Source: an uncultured Coxiellaceae bacterium
GTDB lineage: Bacteria > Pseudomonadota > Gammaproteobacteria > DASZBR01
Direction of reading: 5' to 3'
NCBI GenBank assembly: GCA_964559315.1
Contig: CAZLGL010000001.1
Location: 175,183-239,182, forward strand
Length of the DNA: 64,000 bases
In this document: piece by piece, positions 1-9,500 of the stretch
Numbering within the stretch: the first letter of the stretch is position 1
Layout: each line of letters opens with the position of its first letter
Made by a program: the position numbers and the translations under genes
Notes under the pieces: generated by a model
The model's input: only the letters and a program-made list of their open reading frames with translations
Told to the model about the DNA's origin: nothing
The model's database searches: none

Positions 1-1083
1 GGGACAATTAAAATGAATTCGCGGATACCTTGATAATGTCAACCTTGGATCGTCGTGAATACGCCTCGCATCAAAATTAAAGAACATTGTTGCTCTGTTA
101 TTATGAAGATACTGCATATTTCCATAAAATTTTTTATACGTTTTATAAAGCTCTCCACTAGATTCTAGCTCTGTCGCAACAATCACTCTCCCTAAACTAG
201 GGCGAATATCTTCATGTTTTTTAAGAAGTGCTGCTGCGAAGCTAAAATCAGCCTCTCCCAACAACAATCGAGGCTTAAACCGTCGGATGGGTAATCTGTC
301 TAAGCTTTTAGCTAAACTATCAACATCCGTATCAATTTCATATGGAATCCGACATCTGCTACATCCGCAACCTCTTACTTGTGCCACATCTCTTTGAGAC
401 TGTTTTAAATAATCTAATGGGGTGTCCTTTTTTGAATCGACAGCGTTAAGATCTGCACCTGCTTCCAGTAATGCATCTACAACACTTTGCTTACCAACAC
501 GAAATGCTAAGTGCAAAGGTGTCACTCCACCGATACGCTCAATTCTTGTAACGTCACGACTAATCCACATGTCAGCTATACATCCATGACTATCATAGTC
601 ATCAATATCTACAGTTTCTGTAGTATCTAAGTATGTATCATATTTGTAGAAGAGGTGTTTATTTGGCACAACATTTGCACGTGCATTTACATTTACTCTT
701 TTTTCCTTACATAACATCCTTACTACTTCTACATCACCATCAAGTACAGCCAAATGAAGCAATGTCATTTTTTCAAGAAAAATACCATCACCTCCCATAT
801 CAAACCGGATATCTTGAGATCTACCATCATGGAAAACGTGGTTAGGATCAACGTTGGGATCCTGCAAAAGGTCAGAAAGCCTTGCATAATCTTTTGCAAG
901 ATATGCGGCTTGCAATACTGTGACGCTTAAATAGATAACCTCTGAAAGATCTTCTGTATCTTTTTCATCAGCTTGTGTTGATTCATCGCTTTCATCCTTA
1001 TCCCAAAGCTCATCTCCACGTGCGACATCAACCACACAACTGAGATTATTTTGGTGAGCAATATAACGTCGTAACTTTTGCAT
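1..1083 (-). CDS. Ankyrin-repeat protein with a DUF2431-like (BMT5-type methyltransferase-fold) C-terminal domain. The C-terminus runs off the window start; the start codon is at 1081-1083.
   Basis: Hand translation of the minus strand gives MQKLRRYIAHQ...LLHLAVLDGDVEVVRMLC...TPLHLAFRVGKQSVVDALLEAGADLNAVD, which are ANK repeats. It then continues ...RFKPRLLLGEADFSFAAALLKKH, matching the ILLVGEGDFSFS-type motif of DUF2431. The frame is open all the way to position 1. This ORF is not in the supplied track because it is truncated. Confidence 0.6.
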   Translation of the reverse strand, partial: MQKLRRYIAHQNNLSCVVDVARGDELWDKDESDESTQADEKDTEDLSEVIYLSVTVLQAAYLAKDYARLSDLLQDPNVDPNHVFHDGRSQDIRFDMGGDGIFLEKMTLLHLAVLDGDVEVVRMLCKEKRVNVNARANVVPNKHLFYKYDTYLDTTETVDIDDYDSHGCIADMWISRDVTRIERIGGVTPLHLAFRVGKQSVVDALLEAGADLNAVDSKKDTPLDYLKQSQRDVAQVRGCGCSRCRIPYEIDTDVDSLAKSLDRLPIRRFKPRLLLGEADFSFAAALLKKHEDIRPSLGRVIVATELESSGELYKTYKKFYGNMQYLHNNRATMFFNFDARRIHDDPRLTLSRYPRIHFNCP

Positions 1084-1127
1084 AGAAACAGTATCTTGCA
1101 TAAAACTCTCCTTAAAATGACGCCTTC

Positions 1128-1490
1128 TTATTGATGCCCACCAAAATAATAACTTCCATAACAAATCGCTACAAATACAAAAATAAAACCAGGGATTACA
1201 ACACATGAAAGCTTTCTCAAAAAAATGCTCCTTTTACGAATCCTTTCGTCTTTTATTTCACGGCAGTATTTAAATAATATATTAAACGCAAATTGAGTGG
1301 AACTTATTTTATCCATATAGCAGAGTTTTTCGGCATTAAAGAATTCTGACTCAACCTTTTGAAGCTCCATATAAAGCATATTCGAATACACAGAAATAAA
1401 AGCCATGAGGATAACCAGGGCAGGTAATAATAAAAAAGCTAACCCACATAAAGTTGTCAGAATTTTTAAAAACATGCCATCAGGAATCAT
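1128..1490 (-). CDS. Small hydrophobic hypothetical protein (120 aa) with two predicted transmembrane segments.
   Basis: ORF from the track; hydrophobic stretches LTTLCGLAFLLLPALVILMAFI and VVIPGFIFVFVAICYG. No recognisable domain. Confidence 0.35.
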   Translation of the reverse strand: MIPDGMFLKILTTLCGLAFLLLPALVILMAFISVYSNMLYMELQKVESEFFNAEKLCYMDKISSTQFAFNILFKYCREIKDERIRKRSIFLRKLSCVVIPGFIFVFVAICYGSYYFGGHQ

Positions 1491-1919
1491 AATTTACATC
1501 TATACCATCAATACAAGTACTAAACATGCATCTCACAAATGCAACAATTGCTGTCTCGCAATTTGAATATTCTTTTTTTCCCAATATCTGAAAATTCATA
1601 TATAAAGCTTTACCTTTTTATATAAAAACACTATATTTTTATCTACTTGAAACTCTAACAACGATCCTTGAAATGACGCTTCAGGCCTCCAATCACTTGG
1701 ATACCAACCGACGGCTTTCAACTTTTTTTCAATAATTTTTTTATGGTAGATATTTTGACTTTTCCTTCAGGCAAAAGCTTTCTCTCTTGAACACCAAAAT
1801 GAAAAGTGTCTAAAAGCTTTTCAGTAATTTTTTCCTCAATTGACACTGAGTATGCTTCTCATCAAATTTAGAAAATTGCTTTTTTAATTATTCCCGGATT
1901 GCACCGCATTCTACTCAAG

Positions 1920-2939
1920 CTACAGATTTAAAACCTTCTTCAATACATTGCTTTTCATATGTGATTTGAAATCCAGCACTTCAAAAAAACAAGGTTGGCC
2001 ATAATGGCCAACGTGACAATTTAAAAGATTTGATAAACTTCCTTTAAATTGAGTATCTAATAGATCAAACCATGACCTCTGAATCGCTATAACCTCATTA
2101 TTGTAAAAAAAATAACTAAACAATAAATTAACCACTAAACTTTCACATTCTTTTAAAATAGATTCTAAGAAAATTTTATCTACGTTATTATTTAGTGATT
2201 TAACGGTCGCAATAATAACATAGGTAAATTTTTCATCAGGAAGAACGCTACAAACAAATCCATGCATTCTTCTCCTACCATCTTGCAGTGGTGTTTTAAA
2301 AAAATCTTCGCATGGAAATATGACGCCAGTAGTAGCTATTGGAAGTTTATTAAATTTAAAAATAATATATTTTAAATTAGCTTTTCTTTTCAGTTGTTCG
2401 TATAGGTATCGATGCTCCCTAGCCTCTTTAGTCACTTGACGCAGATATATTTTGAAATCAGATGACTCAATATAATTTGTTAATGAAATATCGTTAAAAT
2501 ATCCCTTTATCACACCTTCAGAAAAATCAAGCTGACACTTTTTTTTAAAAAACTCTCGAGCAAGCGCTCTAAAAGTTAGATCGCGTATCTGACTCGCATT
2601 TTCTGGATCGAAATTTGTCTTTTCAAAGGATTGAAACAACTCATTATCATGAAACGTGCAAAATCCTAGAAAAGTAGTAGCATTATTAACCCCTTTTAAT
2701 TGAAATTCATACAAACCAGAAGTATTGTATGAAGAATAGCAAGGGTAATATATGTGCCCATTCTCTGACAGATTATTTAAAAACTTTTTACTTATCGTAT
2801 GTGCCTGACAAATATTTTGATTGCATTCAGATTTACTTTCCGCCATACAATTTTTTTTTGATTCATAATATTTCCTGATCAGATAATCAGAATCCCTCAT
2901 ACAACGTTGAATCTCATCAATTTCCATACAACACTCCAT
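1920..2939 (-). CDS. Hypothetical protein (339 aa), Cys-rich N-terminus, no recognisable domain.
   Basis: Long ORF whose AT-rich codon usage is consistent with its neighbours. I could not assign a family. Confidence 0.45.
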   Translation of the reverse strand: MECCMEIDEIQRCMRDSDYLIRKYYESKKNCMAESKSECNQNICQAHTISKKFLNNLSENGHIYYPCYSSYNTSGLYEFQLKGVNNATTFLGFCTFHDNELFQSFEKTNFDPENASQIRDLTFRALAREFFKKKCQLDFSEGVIKGYFNDISLTNYIESSDFKIYLRQVTKEAREHRYLYEQLKRKANLKYIIFKFNKLPIATTGVIFPCEDFFKTPLQDGRRRMHGFVCSVLPDEKFTYVIIATVKSLNNNVDKIFLESILKECESLVVNLLFSYFFYNNEVIAIQRSWFDLLDTQFKGSLSNLLNCHVGHYGQPCFFEVLDFKSHMKSNVLKKVLNL

Positions 2940-3166
2940 TAAGAACTATGAAATTCACCAAAAACCTACCGCTCGAAATATAATACTACCAAGTCAGTGC
3001 ACAAACATCACTGGCTCCCCCACCAAAACATTGGAAAAATGAATGTTTTTTTGAAAAAAGTCCCGAAAAAAGACATCTGACTCCCGAAAAAGTCCCGAAC
3101 GAAAATTCAGATGAAAAGTTCTTTTGGATGGTGTAGCCTTGAAAAGCTGTTGTGGCGGGCTTAATT

Positions 3167-3198
3167 TGGCTCCCCGACGTGGACTCGAACCACGGACC
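3167..3198 (-). tRNA. 3' fragment of a tRNA (T-arm, acceptor 3' strand and CCA). Probably an att-site remnant rather than a functional tRNA.
   Basis: The minus-strand sequence reads CGTGG-TTCGAGT-CCACG-TCGGGGA-G-CCA, a canonical T-stem/T-loop followed by a 7-nt acceptor strand, discriminator and CCA. The upstream sequence does not fold into a convincing anticodon or D arm. Confidence 0.5.
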
Positions 3199-3221
3199 AA
3201 GTGATTAACAGTTGGAGCCAC

Positions 3222-3330
3222 AAAAGTTAAGTGTTTGATTTTTATGATATTTTACTATCGGTGCGCCCACTACTTTAGCACCGTAGAGCATAATAAATCA
3301 CAGTCAATCTCCGCAAAATCCCCACAGCGT
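3222..3330. repeat. Copy A of an approximately 100-bp structured direct repeat. It contains an imperfect long hairpin (CGGTGC...GCACCG core) and ends in CTCCGCAAAATCCCCAC.
   Basis: About 85% identical to 6347-6450 by manual alignment. A partial third copy is at 13340-13375. Confidence 0.7.
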
Positions 3331-3385
3331 TCTTTTTAAATCTGAATCAGGCAAAAATTTAGTCTCGCGTCATATGCCAAAGAAA

Positions 3386-6061
3386 CTACTTTAGTTTGGG
3401 TTGATTACTTTTTAGTCTCTTACTATCACTTTCTTTAGCCATAGTATTTTCAGATTGTAATTCTTGATTAGAAAAAAGCTTCGCAATCTTGTCCAAATAT
3501 TTCTTTGCACCCATCCCTAATGCATGCTCAACATTACTATCGTCTCCAATTTTAGCGAGGTACACCATGGCTAATTTAAGTGATTCTACCTTTTGATCAC
3601 TCACTTGAGCTTTTGCTTTTTCAAAATAACAAATCCCTAAACCTAGCAATGCGGGAGGCGAATAATAAACCTTTTCGCTTTCTGCATCGCACGCAAGCCC
3701 ATAATTTGCAGACTTTTCGCCCGAATTTTGAAAGTACTTTATAGCGCTATTAATTTCATTTTTTTCGAGCGCTAAATAACCCAAACATAATTTTGAAGAA
3801 ATTCTACCCAATCGTATAATCTCTTGAATTTTAGATGCATAATCTCCTACATAACCAGTTCCATCAAAATAATAAATACGTAAAGGCTCATTTGATCGAT
3901 AAGGGCCAATATTAGAAATAAACTCTCCAGCCGTCTCAAGTGGCGGTGATAATTGTAGCAACAATAGTGGAGAAACACTCTTTAACTTTTCTTTATAGTT
4001 TCGTAAATGCTGTTCACATTCTTTATTCAAACAGAGTCGAAAACACAATAGAGCTAAACAATATTCAATCTCAGGAAGGCATTTATATTTTTCAGACTCA
4101 GAAATTTTCTTTAACTCTTTTATAGTTTGATCAACAAATAAATAAAAGTTAACATCAGGCTCCTGAAAGAAAGATAAAGCGCATCTAACATAGACAATTA
4201 GAATATCTAATGACGCTAAACTATTCTCAGGTTTTCGCAAAAGTTCTTCTAAATTTTTTTTCAAATTTATTACATTTTTTGTATGAACTGCTTCAAAACA
4301 ATTTCGAAAAAACGTGAGGGGAGAATTCAAACTTTTATCTTGAAGTCTGTTTTCTCTTGTAATAAATGTCTCTATACCTTTCAAAAAAATATAAAATGGC
4401 TTATGCATGCAGTAAAAAAAATACTTGGGGAATCTAAATGTCATATCATCATAAGTCCAAAATCGTTCTTCTTTGGTCCCACTCAATGCTCCTTCATTTC
4501 TTTCTGCTTGAAGAATACATCTCTTTTCTTCTGCAACAAGCCATTCATAAAATCTTTTACTGCCACACCGATGCAATAAACCTACCTGATGACTGGTGGC
4601 AACACACGTATCAGCTTCCTGTTCATCCATAGCTATATGGTCCATTGAAGAAACTTCCACCCAACCCAAGGTATTGTTATCATCATATATTTTTGCGAGT
4701 ATATTTTGCTTTTCTTGTTCGCGAGCATCATTATTTTCTCGTGGAGGTGATTCAACACTTTTAATAACCATTAATAAAGACTTTATATACTTAATTAAAT
4801 CATTACGGTCCATTGAAGAAACTTCCACACAACCAAAGGTATTGTCATCATCATATATTTTTGCCAGTATATTTTGCTTTTCTTGTTCGCGAGCATCACT
4901 ATTTTCTCGTGGAGGTAATTCAACACTTTTAACCATTAATAAAAACTTTATATACTTAATTAAATCATCTTGTTTAGCTGAGACATTAATCAAGCGAACT
5001 AATCTAGACATCCACTTGCCGTCTCCGTTACGGGGATGTCTTGGAATTTTTACATCTGGATTGTTCGGATCGGATTTTCGCTTACCGCTTCCTAAGTTAT
5101 CGTAACGTATAATTAATGAATCACGGGTTGCCTCATATAGAAATGCGCAATAAAAAGTATGCCCTTTATAACCACCTACAAGCATCCTCTCTTCTATGCA
5201 ACCACGCACCCCGGATACAAATGATTTAGCAAGAGTAAAATATAACATTTTAACATCTTGCTCTGATACCCCTGCGATTTTTGAGATCGCTAAAACCGCC
5301 TGTCGTTCTTGTTCACGCCTTAGTGTTTCAACTTCGGATATTATCTCGCTACAAATAAGTTCAATCCACTTCTCTTTTTTATCTTCTGGAATTCTAGTTA
5401 TACCTTTTTTAATTTTTACTAAAATCTCAAAGAGTGAAAATATTCTTAAAGGAAGAAATTCATCGGCGTGCCACCCTTCTAATTCATCGCCTTCTTTTTT
5501 GGCATAGCTATATTGACATAAATGAACCATATAACGATCTGAATTATGTTCGCGGTTTAAAATATTGCCGACATCACAACCACAAAGACGACTTACATAA
5601 TGAGCCATTAGAGCAAAATCATCATGCGTAAAATGATGGCTAGTTCTTTCGACACAAATATGCAAATAATGATAAAACAAATCCTGATTAAAAATTTTTC
5701 TTTTTGCTATTAGCAAAGATATTATTCTTATCTTAACTGCAATTTCCAAATTATTTGATTTTACAACCATATCCAGAGGCAATACAAAATTTTTCCCAGT
5801 TAAATTAATATCAATTTTTTTACGTTCATTATTTACAAGTAAATTAATAATATTCTCTGTTTGCTCACCACCGTATTCAATTGCAAGCTGAAGGCCATTT
5901 AACCCGGTTTTCTCGTGAATTTCGTTTGGGTCATGCTTGCCTTCAGTGAGCAGCTCCTGTAGATACCCCAAACTTGCATGCCTTATTGCACCCAACAAAG
6001 GATTAGTACTGCCGCTTATAGTGCTACGACTAGATTCTTCCATATAGCCTCCTAAATACAT
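3386..6061 (-). CDS. Large eukaryotic-like protein (891 aa). It has an ankyrin-like N-terminal region, an internal tandem duplication of about 57 aa, and a TPR/Sel1-like helical C-terminus.
   Basis: ORF track. The N-terminus LNGLQLAIEYGG...NLLVNNERKKIDINLTGKNFVLPLDMVVKSNNLEIAVK is ANK-like. The tandem unit is DLIKYIK(F/S)LLMV...SVE(L/S)PPREN(S/N)DAREQEKQNILAKIYDD(D/N)NT(F/L)G(C/W)VEVSSM. Confidence 0.55.
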   Translation of the reverse strand: MYLGGYMEESSRSTISGSTNPLLGAIRHASLGYLQELLTEGKHDPNEIHEKTGLNGLQLAIEYGGEQTENIINLLVNNERKKIDINLTGKNFVLPLDMVVKSNNLEIAVKIRIISLLIAKRKIFNQDLFYHYLHICVERTSHHFTHDDFALMAHYVSRLCGCDVGNILNREHNSDRYMVHLCQYSYAKKEGDELEGWHADEFLPLRIFSLFEILVKIKKGITRIPEDKKEKWIELICSEIISEVETLRREQERQAVLAISKIAGVSEQDVKMLYFTLAKSFVSGVRGCIEERMLVGGYKGHTFYCAFLYEATRDSLIIRYDNLGSGKRKSDPNNPDVKIPRHPRNGDGKWMSRLVRLINVSAKQDDLIKYIKFLLMVKSVELPPRENSDAREQEKQNILAKIYDDDNTFGCVEVSSMDRNDLIKYIKSLLMVIKSVESPPRENNDAREQEKQNILAKIYDDNNTLGWVEVSSMDHIAMDEQEADTCVATSHQVGLLHRCGSKRFYEWLVAEEKRCILQAERNEGALSGTKEERFWTYDDMTFRFPKYFFYCMHKPFYIFLKGIETFITRENRLQDKSLNSPLTFFRNCFEAVHTKNVINLKKNLEELLRKPENSLASLDILIVYVRCALSFFQEPDVNFYLFVDQTIKELKKISESEKYKCLPEIEYCLALLCFRLCLNKECEQHLRNYKEKLKSVSPLLLLQLSPPLETAGEFISNIGPYRSNEPLRIYYFDGTGYVGDYASKIQEIIRLGRISSKLCLGYLALEKNEINSAIKYFQNSGEKSANYGLACDAESEKVYYSPPALLGLGICYFEKAKAQVSDQKVESLKLAMVYLAKIGDDSNVEHALGMGAKKYLDKIAKLFSNQELQSENTMAKESDSKRLKSNQPKLK
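4637..4981. repeat. In-frame tandem duplication (2 x about 172 bp, roughly 93% identical) inside the 891-aa CDS.
   Basis: Visible in the nucleotide sequence (tccattgaagaaacttccac...ttaattaaatcat occurs twice) and in the antisense ORF 4596..5105. Confidence 0.8.
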
Positions 6062-6346
6062 TAAATAAAAAATTTCAAAAACTTAATGAAATTTAGAATA
6101 CTGATTAATAACGTTTGTTTCAGCGTGGATGTTGCGTAATATTTTAGAAAAATTTTACATCTTATGAGACATTAATTAAATTACCATACTTAAATTTTCC
6201 AATATTCACTTATCCCATTTCATGGAAAGTTTATTATTTCGATGGCAAACAATATTAAGGTTATACCATCGGCATATAAAAAGCAGAAAAATAATTTTTG
6301 TGGCTTCAGAGCTTACATCTTGCTAACCATTACACATTTGGAAAGC

Positions 6347-6450
6347 TAAAAATTAAGCGTTTGATTCATATGATGCTCTAATATCGGTGCGACCGCTACT
6401 TTAGCACCGCAGAGCATAGTAAAGCACAGCCAGTCTCGGCAAAATCCCCA
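6347..6450. repeat. Copy B of the approximately 100-bp structured direct repeat.
   Basis: Aligns to 3222-3330. Its left flank also weakly resembles the tRNA-fragment-proximal sequence of copy A (TTGGAAAGCTAAAAATTAAGCGTTTGAT versus TTGGAGCCACAAAAGTTAAGTGTTTGAT). Confidence 0.65.
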
Positions 6451-6519
6451 CGTAGAAATTTACACAAATAAATTTAACTTTTATTTACCCGTATAAAAAA
6501 TAGTGCTTTAGCTGAACAC

Positions 6520-9500
6520 CTATTTTTTACTTGCAGACATGCTTGCGTTAGAAGCTCCTGAAACTTGCGGATAAGCTTTATCAATTCTATCCTGGTAATA
6601 AGCTAAAACATTGATGTGACAGCCCATATCTCTGGACTCTCTTTCCAATTTTTCTACCAGGTCATCAAAAGTTACTCCGCCTAACAACTCTGAAAGTTTT
6701 TTTAAATCAAAATCTTCTACCAAAATATTGCAAAGTTTATTACTGGTAGTATTCAGAAAATGCATTACAGATGCTGAGCCTTCATTCAACCCAATTTTTT
6801 TAAAATTTCTTCCACATGTTCCAGCGCTAATTAATGCCATACACGTGCTATCTAAATCATTATTAGCTAAAAAATCTCGCGCCCTTAGTAGAAAGTAACC
6901 TGCTTGGCATAATAATTTATTAGCTCTATCCGATAGGCGAATATCAGTACCTGATTTTTTATTGAACCTTGCGCTAAGACCTTCTTTCAAAGTAGTTTGT
7001 TGAGATTTATGCGTTGGTGAAGAAAAGATTCCCACTTTCTCTAAATTACTTCCCTTGGGTGCTTTTTCTAAACGAAGTGATGGAGCTGGGGGCAAAGTTA
7101 TTGGGCTATCAAAATCATCAATTTCCGCTCGCTCAATAAAATCTTTTATTTCTTTTTTAGGTTCATCTCCACCTGTAATTATTAAAGACTGAAAATGTAG
7201 ACCAACCTCGTAACCTAAATAAAGTATACCTACAGAATTTTTACGTCGTAAAATATTAGGTTCTTGGGCATCACTTCGTATCAAAACAACCGTAACATTC
7301 AACACTCTCGCTAAGGCTTGAATAATAATATGGTCCGCCCATTCTCCCTGTTGAGACATTTTTGCAATAAACTCGTCCATGTCTTCAATAGAATCTTTGT
7401 ATAAATCAACATAATCGATAAGATGCTGAATCACACATTGGCGAAGATATTCTGCGGTAAAATTTTCACTATCAGCATATCTTATTTCCTGTAGCTGATC
7501 TAAAGTTCCATGAAAAAAACAATTTCCATCTCTCTCTATCTCTTTAACTATAAAACCAAATGATTCCGCTCGTGAAAGCAAAACAGCTCTCATCTCCTGC
7601 AGTTTTTCATTTTCTAGCAAAGAAGCCTCCCTAGCTTTTTGCATATCTCTCTTATCCCATCCGTCTTGAATGGCGCAAGAGAGTTTTTCATAAATATCTC
7701 TTGTCTGTGTTTTCTTTTCATCAACATAGTTTAAAATTGGCTCATGCTTAATCTGTTGCCCATCTCCTTGAACCTCCTCAAAATTATCCAATTTTGCCGC
7801 AGGCTGACCACTGTTAAACAGAGTTAAATGATTTTTTGCACGTCTCTTTGATGAATTATTAGGACGAGAGCTCGAACTTAACTGAGATGACGAAGATACA
7901 AATAACGGATCTTCTTTAGTCTTATCGCTTCGATTAGGTGACACGGAAAGCTGGGAAGATTTTACTCTTAGTGAGCCTCGAAAACCCCTACTAGTCATTG
8001 AAATTTTCCCCTCAGATAAACGGGGCTTACCGCTAGGAACAAAAACAGATCCTGGATTTAGTATACGTGGAGATCTAGGGCTTCCCCCTACTCTATGAGG
8101 AGATAGAAGTAAATCATGTGGATTATTTGATATTCTGCGTAATGATACGATGCGCTCCCAAATACAGTGCACAGAATATACGCCTGAAATAGTTAATAAG
8201 TCAGATGCTTCTACCAGTAGATTATTTCTATAATATTTACAGCTTAATTTAATTTTATTACCATCAGCAGAACTTTCCTCAACACTGCTGGCTGATACGT
8301 CTTGCACATTAGATTCTTTTATTTTTTCTTCAACTCTACGCATCCCAGGTGATAATTCTCCTGTAGCGCGTTTCTCGTGTCTAGGTGACAAAGGCGTTTT
8401 GCGTGACTGTTCCAGAATTTCATTTAACAATATTTTTCCAGATAAAAAAGCTGATTTATATGCCCCATTATTATCAATCAGCATATTCATAAACTGCTTA
8501 AACCCTAAAGTAAAACCAATTAACTGATCACAAACCTCTAAAATTTTCTCATCGTAGCTATTTAATTTTTTTAATCTTTCAAATTCCTCGATTGTACTTT
8601 CACATTCCAGAAGACGACCGTCTATCGTAAGAGACAAAATCTCATCGTATCGCACAAATTTAGTTATAGCATCAACATTAGCTTTACTCTCTTCTTCATC
8701 TTTCCCTCCCGGTCGTAGTATTTTTTTTGAATCAAATTCACTAAAAATGTCATCTTTACTATACCAAGTAAGTATTTTTTCAACTATGTCTTCTTCGGGC
8801 TCGCCTAAAGAAAAATTACTTATCCATGCACACTTAAGTTCTACGTGAACAATTTTAATAATTTCAAAAACACAGCATAAGACTTTCAAATAACCCTGTG
8901 TAGCTGTACTCAAATTAAGCAGACACTTTTCTAAAAATAAATACCGCTTAGCTTTATGTGAACTTAAGTCTCCATCTTTCTTAACCTTCTCCTGAAAAAT
9001 ATTAAAAAAATCTTCATAAGTGCTTCTATTCACAGTACTTTTACAACCTGGAAGCTTATAACCATTTAATGAAAACAAGTACTCTAGATCTTCCATATTC
9101 CTTAAAGCTTCGACAGTAAGATCGCCATTCTTATCATAAGTATCCGCATTTTTAGGATTTTTCAAAAAAATTACACCATTTGTAATTTCAATCTTATCTT
9201 TTAAATTCTCCAAGAACTCTTCTAATGCTTTTCTTTTAAAAAAAGAACGAATAAATCCGCCCTCTAAACGTTTTATTTTTTCCACGAGCTCAAAATAAAT
9301 GCTTGACGTATACTCAACAGCAAGCTTATCAGGTGAGTTAACCTCTGATTTTGATTGAAAAATTTTTATCTTAGTAGGCTTTTCAACAACTTCTAGCCGC
9401 TCAAAATGCACATAAGAGCTTGTTAAAAGAAGATGAATAACCCGAGTGTCCTCTGCAGTCTTTTTTGGGATAGCAATTTTGTCAGGCTCAAAATCTAAAG

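Noticed and set aside
633-845. 70-aa plus-strand ORF.
   Set aside because: It is antisense within the truncated ankyrin/DUF2431 gene, and its translation is His/Leu-rich low-complexity.
2994-3221. 75-aa minus-strand ORF overlapping the tRNA fragment.
   Set aside because: It spans the tRNA-derived att-like sequence and the homopolymer-rich iteron region. Its translation is biased toward Pro/Ser/Arg and it has no RBS context.
3167-3250. A complete tRNA gene on the minus strand.
   Set aside because: Only the T-arm, acceptor strand and CCA fold canonically. The putative anticodon stem has a mismatch and a pyrimidine at position 37, and no D-arm or matching 5' acceptor strand (TCCCCGA) is present upstream. 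I treat it as an att-site fragment, not a functional tRNA.
3255-3290. The hairpin in the 100-bp repeat acting as a Rho-independent terminator for the upstream minus-strand genes.
   Set aside because: No U-tract follows the stem on either strand. The structure is a conserved part of a longer repeat, so a recombination site or structured RNA is more likely.
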